Assembly (NCBI GenBank): GCA_963748015.1
Contig: CAVVHE010000009.1
Span: 288,001 to 352,000, forward strand
Source of the DNA: Terriglobia bacterium
GTDB taxonomy: Bacteria; Acidobacteriota; Polarisedimenticolia; Polarisedimenticolales; JAIQFR01
Reading direction: 5' to 3'
DNA: 64,000 nt
The position numbers and the translations under genes were made by a program. The notes under the pieces are model-generated. The model was not told the DNA's origin and ran no database searches. It saw only the letters and a list, made by a program, of their open reading frames with translations. This document shows, piece after piece, positions 12,058 through 21,940 of the stretch (within the stretch, counting starts at the first letter, position 1; each line of letters starts with the position of its first letter).

Positions 12058-12120
12058 GTGAGAGCTTTCGAGTTCGTCGCGCTCCTGTCGATCGCCGCGG
12101 GCATCCCGACAAAGGGGTGA
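12058..12120 (+). pseudogene. 20-codon remnant/leader paralogous to the 5' end of the 15394 small membrane protein gene
   Basis: gaaggaggcaatGTG + MRAFEFVALLSIAAGI versus gaagggaggcaacGTG + MSAFKIAAIVLIAAGI. Confidence 0.55.
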
Positions 12121-12123
12121 GTC

Positions 12124-13401
12124 ATGCGAACAGCCGTCCGTGCCGCGGCTCTCCTTCTCGTCGTGCTCATGGGCAGCGGCGCGTCGTTGGGGTACTCCGT
12201 TCTCACCCACGAGGAGATCGTGGATCTGGTCTGGACCGACGCGATTCAGCCCCTCCTGTTCAAGCGATTTCCGGGGCTGTCGGAGGACCAGATCCGGGAA
12301 GCCCACGCCTACGCGTACGGAGGCGCGGTGATCCAGGATCTCGGCTACTACCCGTTCGGCAGCAAAGAATTCAGCGACCTGGTGCACTACGTCCGCAGCG
12401 GAGACTTCGTGCGCGAGTTGCTGGCCGAAAGCCAGGACGCCAACGAGTACGCCTTCGCGCTGGGCTCACTGTCGCACTATGCGTCGGACATCGCCGGCCA
12501 CCCGGCGGTCAACCACGCCGTGGCGATCGCGTATCCGAAGCTAAGAGCGGAGTTCGGCGAGTCCGTCCGGTATGCCGAGAACAAGAAGGCGCATCTGAAG
12601 ACGGAGTTCGGATTCGACACGGTACAGGTCGCGAAGAATCGCTATGCGTCGAAGCAGTATCACGACTTCATCGGATTCCAGGTGTCCAAGTCCCTATTGG
12701 AGCGGGCTTTCCCCGTCGTTTACGGATTGGAGCTAAAAGACGTGCTGACCCACGAGGACCTGGCGATAGGCTCGTACCGATACTCCGTCAGCCGGCTGAT
12801 TCCGGAGATGACTCAGGTTGCGCTTCGAGCCCACAAGAAGGACCTGATGCAAGAGACGCCGAACTTCGCGAAGCAGGAATTCTTGTACCGTCTTTCGCGC
12901 TCGGATTACGAGAAAGAGTGGGGGAAGGACTACGTGAAGCCGAGCTTCGGCACGCGCTTCATGGCGGCAATCCTGCGATTCATGCCCAAGATCGGTCCAT
13001 TCAAGAAATTGGGATTCACCAGTCCGACCGCGGAGACGGAAGACCTGTACATCAAGAGCATCAATTCGACGGTCGATCGATACCGCGTCCTTCTCGCGGA
13101 ACTGCGCACCGGCACGCTCGTGCTGCCCAACTGCGACTTGGACACCGGCCACGCGACCAAGGCCGCGGAGTACTCGCTCACGGACGACACCTACGCAACG
13201 TTGCTGGCGCAGTTGGCAGATCGGGAATTCGCCCTCACGTCCCCGGCGCTTCGCGACAACATCCTGAAGTTCTACTCCGACCTCTCTGTTCCGATCGAGA
13301 CGAAGAAGGACCGGGCTCGCTGGCAGGGCTTGATGACGTGGCTGGACCTCTTGATCTGCCTGGAGCCGGTGCCGGCCGTCGCGAGCAACTCCATGCCGTG
13401 A
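12124..13401 (+). CDS. Zinc-dependent phospholipase C family protein
   Basis: Signal peptide then YSVLTHEEIVD, GAVIQDLGYYPFG, SDLVHY, LSHYASD, HLKTEFGFD. Confidence 0.75.
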   Translation: MRTAVRAAALLLVVLMGSGASLGYSVLTHEEIVDLVWTDAIQPLLFKRFPGLSEDQIREAHAYAYGGAVIQDLGYYPFGSKEFSDLVHYVRSGDFVRELLAESQDANEYAFALGSLSHYASDIAGHPAVNHAVAIAYPKLRAEFGESVRYAENKKAHLKTEFGFDTVQVAKNRYASKQYHDFIGFQVSKSLLERAFPVVYGLELKDVLTHEDLAIGSYRYSVSRLIPEMTQVALRAHKKDLMQETPNFAKQEFLYRLSRSDYEKEWGKDYVKPSFGTRFMAAILRFMPKIGPFKKLGFTSPTAETEDLYIKSINSTVDRYRVLLAELRTGTLVLPNCDLDTGHATKAAEYSLTDDTYATLLAQLADREFALTSPALRDNILKFYSDLSVPIETKKDRARWQGLMTWLDLLICLEPVPAVASNSMP

Positions 13402-13416
13402 GCGCCCGCGCGACAC

Positions 13417-13436
13417 GGTAGGGTTACACCCCATGG
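13417..13436 (+). promoter_or_regulatory. Island operator box 3
   Basis: ggtagggttacaccccatgg (consensus); CACCAT 22 nt after CCAT. Confidence 0.85.
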
Positions 13437-13532
13437 AGGGGCCGCGGTCCGAGGCGCACCATCGGAGAGCGATCGACTCGAGGCTGTCGCCTTGAACCGC
13501 GCGGGAGGCTCGCCCTCCGGGAGTAGGAAGAA

Positions 13533-15320
13533 ATGAACAAGATCATGGTGGCTCTGTCCCTGCTGGCCGGCATGTTCCTCCTGGCTCCCGCCGGCTTTGC
13601 GGACGCCGCCGACGCCAGGGTCGCCCGTGTCAGCTACGTCGTCGGCGACGTTTCCTACCAGCGCGGCGACGACGAGGGCTGGAACGGACTGCGCGTCAAC
13701 ACGCCGCTCGTGACGGGCGATTCCTTCTACGCTCCGGAAGGCGGACGCGCCGAGGTGGTTCTGGGGAACGGTGTCGTCGTCCGCGTGGACGGCGGGACCC
13801 AGTTGGATCTCGTCAACAACACGAGGGACATCGCGCAGCTGGGGCTGACGAGCGGCATCCTGGACATCCGCGGGCGTTCGTTCGCCCGGGGCTTCACGTT
13901 GGAGGTCGATACTCCGAGCGCAGCCGTGACGATCCTGGAGCCGGGCCGGTACCGGGTCGAGGTCGGCGACCGCGTGACGACGTATTCGGTGGAGCGGGGC
14001 GGCATGTCGCTGGCGATCGGCGGACAGCAGCTCGACGTGCGCGAGGGCGAGAGCCTCGAGCTGGAGGACACCGAGCCCCCGAGCTACGGCTACGGTAGGC
14101 TCGCCGGTCCCACGCCGTTCCAGGGCTGGTGCGAAGAGCGGGATTCCCGCATCGAGAGATCCGCGAGCGCGCGCTACGTGAACGCCGACGTCGTGGGCTA
14201 CGAAGACCTGGACGATCACGGCTCTTGGCGCGTTAGTCGTGGTTACGGCCGGGTCTGGGTGCCGTCGAGGATGCCCCAGGGATGGGCTCCCTATCAGTCG
14301 GGACGCTGGATCTGGCAGGACCCCTACGGATGGACCTGGGTCTCCTACGAGTCGTGGGGTTGGGCTCCGTACCACTACGGCCGCTGGGTCTACGCGGACA
14401 ATTACTGGGGCTGGGTCCCGCCCCCTCCGCGGGGCTATCGCGGCCCCTCGGCGATCATGGACCTCCAGCCCGTTTACGCCCCCGCGCTGGTCGCTTTCGT
14501 CGGGGGGAAGAACTGGGGCGTGTCGCTCTCTATCGGCGGCCCGGCCATCGGATGGGTTCCGCTGGCCCCCGCGGAGCATTACTACTACCCGTGGCAGCCC
14601 GCCCCGCGCGTCACCAACAACTACACGAACATCTCGGTGAACAACGCGGTGACGGTCGTCAATTACAACACCTTCGCCACCGGCGCCGTGCGCCCGATCC
14701 GAGTGGACAGGGCGCAGATCGAGCGCGCGCCCGTCATCGGATTCACCGCCGCCGGAGTGGTCCCCGGCCGCGGAAGCCTCGTCGTCGCACCGGACCGGAA
14801 CCCGGGGCCCAGGGCCATCCCGCGCGCGACGGTCGAACGGCCGCTGGCCGCGCGCCTGGTGCCGCCGCCGAGGCCGCAGCCGTTCGCGCAGAAGGTCGTT
14901 GAGATCGAGAAGACCGGAAGGCCGGTGGCCAGGCCCGTCGCGATCGAGGCCGCGGTGGGCAAGCCGTTCGTGCCCGGAACGCGCCCGCCCGCCGGGGTCG
15001 AGGCCTTCTCGGCCCTCGCTCCCGAAGGGCGCAAGGAGCTGAAAGCGCGGCACGAGGCGGAAACCAGGTCCCCCAAGAAGATCGAGCGCGACATAGCTCC
15101 GCTCGCCCCCGCGCGAGCAGAGCGGCAGGTGCCGCCCGCGCCGCGACCGGCCGACCAGCAGGAAGCAAAGAACAACCCCACGCCCGGCCAAGGCCAGCCG
15201 ACGCCTTCGCAACCCGCGCCGGAGAAGAAGAACTCGAAATCGAAGGGGAAGAAAGCCCCGGTGCCGGCACCGACACCGCCGGAACCGGCGCCGGCCACGC
15301 CGCACGAGGACGGGAACTAG
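13533..15320 (+). CDS. FecR-like + DUF6600-type (YXWGXW-rich) secreted protein with a Pro-rich tail
   Basis: ARVSYVVGDVSY, NTPLVTGD, EVDTPSAAV; GYEDLDDHGSW, WAPYQSGRW, WGWAPYHYGRW. Confidence 0.75.
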   Translation: MNKIMVALSLLAGMFLLAPAGFADAADARVARVSYVVGDVSYQRGDDEGWNGLRVNTPLVTGDSFYAPEGGRAEVVLGNGVVVRVDGGTQLDLVNNTRDIAQLGLTSGILDIRGRSFARGFTLEVDTPSAAVTILEPGRYRVEVGDRVTTYSVERGGMSLAIGGQQLDVREGESLELEDTEPPSYGYGRLAGPTPFQGWCEERDSRIERSASARYVNADVVGYEDLDDHGSWRVSRGYGRVWVPSRMPQGWAPYQSGRWIWQDPYGWTWVSYESWGWAPYHYGRWVYADNYWGWVPPPPRGYRGPSAIMDLQPVYAPALVAFVGGKNWGVSLSIGGPAIGWVPLAPAEHYYYPWQPAPRVTNNYTNISVNNAVTVVNYNTFATGAVRPIRVDRAQIERAPVIGFTAAGVVPGRGSLVVAPDRNPGPRAIPRATVERPLAARLVPPPRPQPFAQKVVEIEKTGRPVARPVAIEAAVGKPFVPGTRPPAGVEAFSALAPEGRKELKARHEAETRSPKKIERDIAPLAPARAERQVPPAPRPADQQEAKNNPTPGQGQPTPSQPAPEKKNSKSKGKKAPVPAPTPPEPAPATPHEDGN

Positions 15321-15393
15321 CGCGAACCGCGGGCACCAGGAAGCCAACAGGCTTCAACGCACGTTTACAGAGTTTCTGCTGAAGGGAGGCAAC

Positions 15394-15612
15394 GTGAGCG
15401 CATTCAAGATCGCGGCAATTGTGTTGATCGCCGCCGGAATCATCGGGCTGGTGTACGGTGGCATCACCTATACCCAGACGACCCACGACGCCAAGATCGG
15501 CTCGTTCGAGATGTCGATCAAGGACAAGAAAACGGTCAACATCCCGGTTTGGGCCGGTGTCGGTGCGATCGTGGTCGGCGGGGCTCTGCTCGTCGTACGC
15601 ACGAAGAAGTAG
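15394..15612 (+). CDS. Small two-TM membrane protein
   Basis: GGAGG RBS, GTG start, TM-loop-TM pattern (YGGITYT...KIGSFE...NIPVWAGVG). Confidence 0.75.
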   Translation: MSAFKIAAIVLIAAGIIGLVYGGITYTQTTHDAKIGSFEMSIKDKKTVNIPVWAGVGAIVVGGALLVVRTKK

Positions 15613-15754
15613 CTGCGTCGCGGCGATGCGGTCGCGACGATCGCCAGGACCACGATCCTCGGCACGGACCTCCGCATCACGAAGGAAGATCTTCCGACGG
15701 CGACCATCGGTCGGATTCTCGGCCTCGAAGATAGGCGTTGTCGATGAGGCGGAC

Positions 15755-17004
15755 ATGACGAACTCAGGCTCTTCCGTCAGCGCGTCGGCGTTGCGACGGG
15801 GCAAGCCGGGGGTCGCCTCTAGGGTCGGTGCGCTGGGGATCCTGATCGTTGGAGCGCTGGCCTTGGCGCCCTCCGGCTCCGGCGCGAGCGACCGCGCGAA
15901 GATCCCCGAGGTGACCGCGAAGCAGCGGCTCGAGTACGTCCATAGAGCCCGCGTCTGGGAGCCCACGGATGTCGCCGCCAAGGACCTGTACCGCGGCCCG
16001 GCGGGCCGGATCCCGTTCGCCGTGGACGCCGAGGTCAGTTGCGATTTCGTTCCGAAGCCGATGTCCGGGCGGAGCGAGAAATTCTCCTGTCGCCTGGAAG
16101 ACGGTACGGTCGTCAAGGTAAAGTACGACGAGGGAGGACGCTACAAGGAAGTCTTCGGAGAAGTCTTGGGCAGCCGTATCTTCTGGGCGCTGGGCTTCTA
16201 CGCGGACCGGATGCTCCCCGTTCGCATGACGTGCCGCGGCTGTCCGGAACACCCTTTCGATTTCGTGAATGCGAGGAAGCGACTACCGTTGGACGAGGAA
16301 GGGAAGATCGCGTCGTTCCCCCCGACGCGCGTCTCGGGACCTATCGATTCGAGCTCGCGGCGGTCGAGGAAGCGATCGATTCGGAGACCATCGAAGAGAA
16401 AGACAAGCAGGGGTGGGACTGGAAGCTTCTCGACCAGGTGGACGAGAAGCTGGGGGGGGCCACGAAAGCCGAGATCGACGCCCTCAAGCTGCTCAACGCC
16501 TTCGTCCAGAATGCGGACAACAAGGCGACCCAGAACACGCTTGCCTGTCCGCGAGCCGCGCTCGAGGTCGGCGACGACGGCGGCTGGACCTGTCGGCGGC
16601 CCATCATGTACGTGGATGATCTGGGATCGGTCTTCGGAAACGGAGGCTTCACGACAGGCAACGCGGGACGGATCGACTACGAAGGATGGAAGGCGCGCCG
16701 CGTGTGGCGGGACAAGGAGTCCTGCAAGGCCCGCTTGACCTCGGTAGGAGGGATCTTCCGCAGCACGACTCTCAAGGACCCGGTCATCAGCGAGGACGGT
16801 CGGGTGTTGCTGGCGGAGCAGCTCGAGAAGCTGTCGGATGCTCAGATAGCGGACCTATTCCGGGCGGCTCGAGTCGAGAGGCTTCATCAGAAGATCGATA
16901 ACGGCGATCACGGCGAGCGGGAGGTCACGATCGACGACTGGGTGGAACTGTTCAAGCTGAAGCGGAGCGAGATCACCGGGCATCCAGGCTGCAAATCCCG
17001 CTAG
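15755..17004 (+). CDS. Secreted hypothetical protein with kinase-like motifs, frameshifted at the C-run near 16320
   Basis: KVKY, EVLGSRIFWALGF in one frame; DALKLL...NADNK..N and YVDDLG in the next. Confidence 0.6.
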
Positions 17005-17021
17005 CGGGCTCGGCGCCGCAT

Positions 17022-17900
17022 CTATGTGGCGGCGGCTTCCTTCTTCGGTGCCTCCCCCCCGGTATCCACTCCCAGCGCCCAGTCGGACTCGAAGACCTGC
17101 ATCAGCTGCCTCGCGACGACGGGACTGTTGACGAGCACGCCGATCTCTCGTCGCTTGTCGAGCTCCACTTTTCGAAGGCTCTGGCTGCCGACGAACGCCC
17201 TCGTGCCGTCCCGAATGATCGCGCGAACGTGGAGCCGAAAGCCCCCGGGCCGCTGAACCGTGATTCCGTCGCCCGCTTCCTTGAGGTTGCCGATCACGCG
17301 AACTCGCACGCCCTTGCCCGCGCGCTCCCTCAGGAGCTTGATCATGGCGGGGTCGTGGACGTTGACGTCGTAGATCGCGAGCTCTTTCTTTGCCCCCCAA
17401 ATGAACTTCCCCAGCAATTCGCGGGCCGTCTCCGGACTCACGACCAGATTGCATCGGGCCGGCGAGTAGGGCTGGCGGGCGGAATCGGACTCGAAGAGCT
17501 TGAGAGCTTCCTTCACGGTCCGCTGATCCCGCGTCGCGATGGCGAAGCTGCGGCTCTTGGCGATGTCGATCCTGGTGAAGTTGAACCCGAAGACATAAAG
17601 CAGGTCGTCCGCCACCATGTACTTCCCGTGATAGCGAACGAGTTCGTCGTCGGTGCGCGTGACCATGATTCCGGCCGCGAGGAGGCGCTGTTCGAGCTTC
17701 CGCAGGCTCTGGTCACCGCCCCTGTTCGTGTTGGCGATCAGCGCCCGAACGCGGACCCGGCGCTCGAGGGCGCCGGCCAACGCTTCCTCGATCTCCCTTC
17801 GATCGAGGCGAAAGATGCAGATGTCGATGGCTCTTCGCGCGCGGCGAATGGCCTGAATCACGGGTGCGATGCCGGCCTCGGGTTGAACGATGGCTCTCAA
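17022..17900 (-). CDS. Phospholipase D-family protein
   Basis: YHGKYMVAD (HKD motif) and a variant LHVRAIIRDG...GSQSL second motif. Confidence 0.8.
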   Translation of the reverse strand: MRAIVQPEAGIAPVIQAIRRARRAIDICIFRLDRREIEEALAGALERRVRVRALIANTNRGGDQSLRKLEQRLLAAGIMVTRTDDELVRYHGKYMVADDLLYVFGFNFTRIDIAKSRSFAIATRDQRTVKEALKLFESDSARQPYSPARCNLVVSPETARELLGKFIWGAKKELAIYDVNVHDPAMIKLLRERAGKGVRVRVIGNLKEAGDGITVQRPGGFRLHVRAIIRDGTRAFVGSQSLRKVELDKRREIGVLVNSPVVARQLMQVFESDWALGVDTGGEAPKKEAAAT

Positions 17901-17913
17901 GTTCTGCCGCTTC

Positions 17914-18702
17914 CTACTTCGCTTCCTTCTTGGTGATCTCTTTCCACTCGACCGCGCCCTTGCCGTCGGGGTCGAGGGCGAGGAGGGCCTTGGAGGCTTC
18001 GTCCGTGGCGATAGCGAACGGCGCGGTCACGATGTACGCGGCCTCGGCTTCGGAGACGGTGCGCACCTCGAACTTGGACTTGTAGCGGCGGAGGACCGTC
18101 TCGATCTTCGGGCGCAGCTCCTCGGTCCGGTCCCCGAACTTCACGCTCAGCTCGAAGATGCGCGTGCGAGGCTCGAAGCTCTCGATCACCCAGAGCGCCC
18201 CCACGAGGAACGCCGTCGAGAAGGCCGAGAGCACGTACAAGCCGACTCCGGACGCGAGCCCAACTGCCAGGGCCGAGAGCATCACCACCGCGTCCTTGGG
18301 GTCGTCGATCTTGGAGCGGTAGCGTATCAATCCGGCGACCCCGACGATCCCGAACGCGCGCGCGAGAGAGGCGCCGATGACGAGCATGACCAAGGCGCCG
18401 ACGATGGCGAGCACGATTTGGGTTTCCACGACCGCGGAGCGCCGAGGGGGCGTGCCGCGGCGCCGAGGACGTAAAGCGAGCGTCGCTCCGAGGAGGGTCG
18501 CGAGCGGAAGTCGGAGAGCGGCCGCGCGAAGCTGCTCCATGAGGTCCTGCTCGCGGGGCTCGCGGTCGTGCGACTCCTTCTTCTCTTCGAAGGGCGGCGA
18601 CTGCTGCGCCAGGGAGACGCCGGCGACGCCGAGCGCCAGGCCGAGCAGCACCAGGGCCAGCGCGATCCGGCCGAGTCGAGCGCCCGAGAGCGGCGGTCTC
18701 AT
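17914..18702 (-). CDS. DUF4956/MgtC-like membrane protein
   Basis: LARAFGIVGVAGLIRYRSKIDDPKDA, several TM helices, soluble C-terminal domain. Confidence 0.7.
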   Translation of the reverse strand: MRPPLSGARLGRIALALVLLGLALGVAGVSLAQQSPPFEEKKESHDREPREQDLMEQLRAAALRLPLATLLGATLALRPRRRGTPPRRSAVVETQIVLAIVGALVMLVIGASLARAFGIVGVAGLIRYRSKIDDPKDAVVMLSALAVGLASGVGLYVLSAFSTAFLVGALWVIESFEPRTRIFELSVKFGDRTEELRPKIETVLRRYKSKFEVRTVSEAEAAYIVTAPFAIATDEASKALLALDPDGKGAVEWKEITKKEAK

Positions 18703-19637
18703 CGGGCGTTTCCCGCGGGCACGCGCCGCTCGATGATCCCCGAGTCGACGACTTTCCCGTCACTCGAGATCGCGTTGAAGTACATCTTGTCGCCCGAGAT
18801 CTCGACCGCCAGGAAGACGTTGTCCGTGTCGAACCCCTTTTCGGTGATCGCCGAGCGCTTGTCGATGTCGCCGTTTCTCAGTTGTCCCCCTGAACCCACG
18901 ACGAAGTACACGATCCCGTGCTGGGGCTTGATTCGCTCGTAGAAGTGGTCGTGCCCCGAGAAGGCGACGCTGACGTCGTACTTGACGAAGAGGGGCTCCA
19001 GGGTCTCGCGGAGCCTCACGTCCGGTCCGTGGCGTCCCCCGGAGGAGTACAACGGGTGATGGAATACGGCGATCTTCCAGGCGTCGCTCGAGCCCTTCAG
19101 CTCTTTCTCGAGCCAGTCGATTTCCTCGGGCACGCGGTAGGTGCTGTCGATCATGAAAAAGCGAACCTTCCCGGACGGGGCCATGAACGTGTAGTAGAGC
19201 TTGCCGCCCATGTTGAACAACCCGTAGGACCGCTGCTCGCGCGCGTCATGATTACCGAGCACCGCGTGGAACGTCACCTTCGCGTCGATGAGGGGCTTGT
19301 AGGGGTCCTCGAACTTCCGCTTGAAGTCCTCGGGCCGCTGCGAGCCGTAGAGGTTGTCCCCGACGGTGACCACGTCGTCGAACTTGAATCTGTCGTGGAA
19401 CCGCGCCATCTCGGCCGCCAAGGCGTACTGGCCGACCCCACCCGTGCCGAAATCGCCGAGCACGACGAACTTCAGCGAGCCTTTCTCGTTCGGCAGCGGG
19501 ACCAGGGTCTCTGCCGGGCTCTGAGGCGCCGCGGCCGGCGGCTGGAGGGCGGCGGCCGACACGACCTCGCCGCAGCAGAACGCGATCAGAACGGCAACGA
19601 CCGAGGTCACGATGGGCCGCCGCATGGGCGTCGTCAC
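18699..19637 (-). CDS. Secreted calcineurin-like metallophosphoesterase
   Basis: GDFG, VGDNLY, LGNHD, FHHPLYSSG, SGHDHFYER motifs. Confidence 0.9.
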   Translation of the reverse strand: MTTPMRRPIVTSVVAVLIAFCCGEVVSAAALQPPAAAPQSPAETLVPLPNEKGSLKFVVLGDFGTGGVGQYALAAEMARFHDRFKFDDVVTVGDNLYGSQRPEDFKRKFEDPYKPLIDAKVTFHAVLGNHDAREQRSYGLFNMGGKLYYTFMAPSGKVRFFMIDSTYRVPEEIDWLEKELKGSSDAWKIAVFHHPLYSSGGRHGPDVRLRETLEPLFVKYDVSVAFSGHDHFYERIKPQHGIVYFVVGSGGQLRNGDIDKRSAITEKGFDTDNVFLAVEISGDKMYFNAISSDGKVVDSGIIERRVPAGNAR

Positions 19638-19652
19638 GATAAACCGCCTCCG

Positions 19653-20259
19653 CTACGGCAGCACGTCGCCGGTGAAGTCGATGATGATGCGCGCATCGCT
19701 CGTCCATCAGGACCAAGCGCTCTCCGACGAAGCGGTATTCCAGGTCTTCGTCCAGCTTCGGAAGGGTCTTCAGCACTCGGCGCGGCATCGTCGAGAGAGG
19801 AATCGAGTCCGGATACCGATCGTTAACTCCGAGATTCGGCACGCCGGGATTCTCGTCCATGATCAATGACTTGATGGTCTTCCCGTCGGGCCCAGAGAGG
19901 ACCGCCTCCAGCGTTCGTTTCACGAGCGCCTCCATGTCCGGCGTGAAGAAGTCGCCCTGTTTCGCGCTCGGCCAGGCAGCCTTGATGAGTGCGCCGAGAG
20001 CCGACTGGTACTCGTCGATCTGCTCGGGCGTCGCGTGTCTGCCGCGTTCCGGCAGGGTCGCTTCCAGCTTCTCGTGGACTTTCTCGTATTCCTCGAGGCG
20101 CGCCTCGAATTGCTCCACGGTCCGTACCTCGGCGGCGGTGAGCACGACGGCGCTCTCGCGGCCGGAGGTCGGCGGAGCCTTCCCCGCGCACGCGCCGACG
20201 AGCGCGAGCGTCACGAAGGCGGCTCCTCCGACGATGCGGAAGAGAATTGCTCCTGACAT
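19653..20259 (-). CDS. Hypothetical lipoprotein (frameshift near 19700)
   Basis: GGAGGA RBS, lipobox VGAC; LPKLDEDLEYRFVG...LMD continues as IIIDFTGDVLP-stop in the adjacent frame. Confidence 0.65.
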
Positions 20260-20347
20260 GACCGGCTTATCCTCCCGCGCTCGCCGAAACCGGCGCATCG
20301 GATGCTGGGGGACTCGACGCCATCTTGGCGTCGGGGGGGCGGCCTGG

Positions 20348-20367
20348 CCATGGGGTAAAACCCTACC
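20348..20367 (-). promoter_or_regulatory. Island operator box 4
   Basis: ggtagggttttaccccatgg on the minus strand; CAAGAT 22 nt after CCAT. Confidence 0.8.
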
Positions 20368-20536
20368 AAGGACCATTGGGCGCTTCCGCCAGCCGGAAAC
20401 GTGTCCGCCTGAAAGGGCGATCCCTCGATCTTCGGCCAGGAGCACCGGCGCGGGAACGACGGGACCTCATCCACACTGCGTGCGGTCGACCCCGTAGTCC
20501 CAGCTCGCTGGAATGAACGACCCACCGACGAGTCCA

Positions 20537-20556
20537 GGTAGGGTTTCACCTTATGG
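20537..20556 (+). promoter_or_regulatory. Island operator box 5
   Basis: ggtagggtttcaccttatgg; TATCGT 22 nt downstream. Confidence 0.75.
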
Positions 20557-20769
20557 ATCGCGTTCGGTTGGTCGTCTATCGTTCGACCGAACATGAGAAA
20601 CGGTGCGTGGTACTGCTTCATGGACTCGGGCGGCATCGGGGCGAACGTTGTCCACGGCCCGGCCGCGAGGAGCAGCACGCCGAGACGGCTCAGGCCGTGG
20701 GGGCCGTGAGCCGCCGGTACGAACCAGGGGAGCGATCGATCCAATATTCGAATTCAGCGAGGTGAGGCC

Positions 20770-20982
20770 ATGGCCGTGACACAACAACCGCGTCAGGAAA
20801 ACGACCGTCTCTCCACTCGCCATCCCCGGCCATACGAGCGGCCTCGCGTCCGGACAATGACGAGCGGCGAGATTCTCGAAGCGATCGGTCCCGCCCAAGG
20901 TCTGACGAGCGGCGGTTCGCCGGGTGATTATGTCGGTGGCGGCAACGGCCACGGCCACGGCCGCGGCCACGGTCGTCACTGA
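20770..20982 (+). CDS. 70-aa peptide with a RiPP-leader-like YxxPxV motif and a Gly/His-rich tail
   Basis: GAGGTGAGG RBS; YERPRVRTMTSGEILEAIGPAQG; GHGHGRGHGRH C-terminus; box 5 upstream. Confidence 0.55.
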   Translation: MAVTQQPRQENDRLSTRHPRPYERPRVRTMTSGEILEAIGPAQGLTSGGSPGDYVGGGNGHGHGRGHGRH

Positions 20983-21029
20983 CCTCGACTCGTCCGCTCC
21001 CCGCGGCTCGGAAGGCGATCGAGCAGGAG

Positions 21030-21265
21030 CGCTTCAAACGAGAGTTGACCGGGCGGATGCTTTGATCGGCCAACGAGGACCTCCTTCGCCGAATGGCGGC
21101 TCGCGATCGCCTGGACGCACGGCGGCCGGTCGCGGTACTCGGCGAACAGGCCAGTCCCATCACCGCAAGCGTCGGAGTCGCCTTGTTCGACGGCCTCGAA
21201 GCCGCGGAGGTGCCGGAATTCGCCGACCTCGCCATGTACGAGGCGAAGGACGCGGGCCGCGGAAT
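21030..21265 (+). pseudogene. GGDEF (diguanylate cyclase) C-terminal remnant
   Basis: ITASVGVALF...ADLAMYEAKDAGR is present but the GGDEF motif and N-terminus are not. Confidence 0.6.
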
Positions 21266-21533
21266 CGGGTCACGACGCACCGATCCGCTCCTCGAGACGC
21301 CGGGGGATGGGATCGCTCGGACCGAAGGCCGACGCCGCCCGGAGGACGACGAAGAAAGCGGACCAGGCTCGGCGGAGAGCTCTTCGCATGGAGATCACTT
21401 CGCCCTAGGGGAGAATGGAATCCCTCGATCGTGCCCGGGCAGGCGGCGCCGCGGCGCGGCAGCCGTCCGCTTTCCGGCGCGCCTTCACCCAACCCCGTGT
21501 CCAGGTCGATGGCGCCTTCCTGCTCGTCCTCGG

Positions 21534-21827
21534 TCAGCCGCGAATTTTCTTGTCGCCTGCCTCGGTGTACACGGGCCGATCGCGGGCGGCCGCGACTTCG
21601 TCGGAATTCCCCACGGGCTCCTTGGCCGCCCGTCGAGCCGCGTCGACGCCGTGCTCGAAGGCGCCCGTCGTTCTGTCCTTGATCTCTCGGCTCCTGCGAG
21701 AGAGCCACCCGCGCGTCTCCCTGCCCGAGCAAGGAGCGAAGAGCAAGGCGACTCCCGCGCCGACCGCAGCGCCCACCACGGCCGCCATCACGACTCCCTT
21801 CCCACCGCCCCGATTCACGCCGCTCAC
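21534..21827 (-). CDS. YtxH-domain general stress protein
   Basis: GAAVGAGVALLFAPCSGRETR signature; GTG start with GAGGGA RBS. Confidence 0.8.
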   Translation of the reverse strand: MSGVNRGGGKGVVMAAVVGAAVGAGVALLFAPCSGRETRGWLSRRSREIKDRTTGAFEHGVDAARRAAKEPVGNSDEVAAARDRPVYTEAGDKKIRG

Positions 21828-21940
21828 GATTCCCTCGCTTTCCCCTGACGCAGTCGATTTCGGTCCGGCAATATCCGAGAGAACGCCCGGAGGTCTTTCC
21901 GCGAAATACGAACGCCTCGAGCCGCCGCGACGTTCCGGGC

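Noticed and set aside
20770..20982. Canonical lasso peptide precursor
   Set aside because: With T(-2) at LTS|G the only acidic residue falls at position 6 rather than 7-9, and no lasso B/C genes are present
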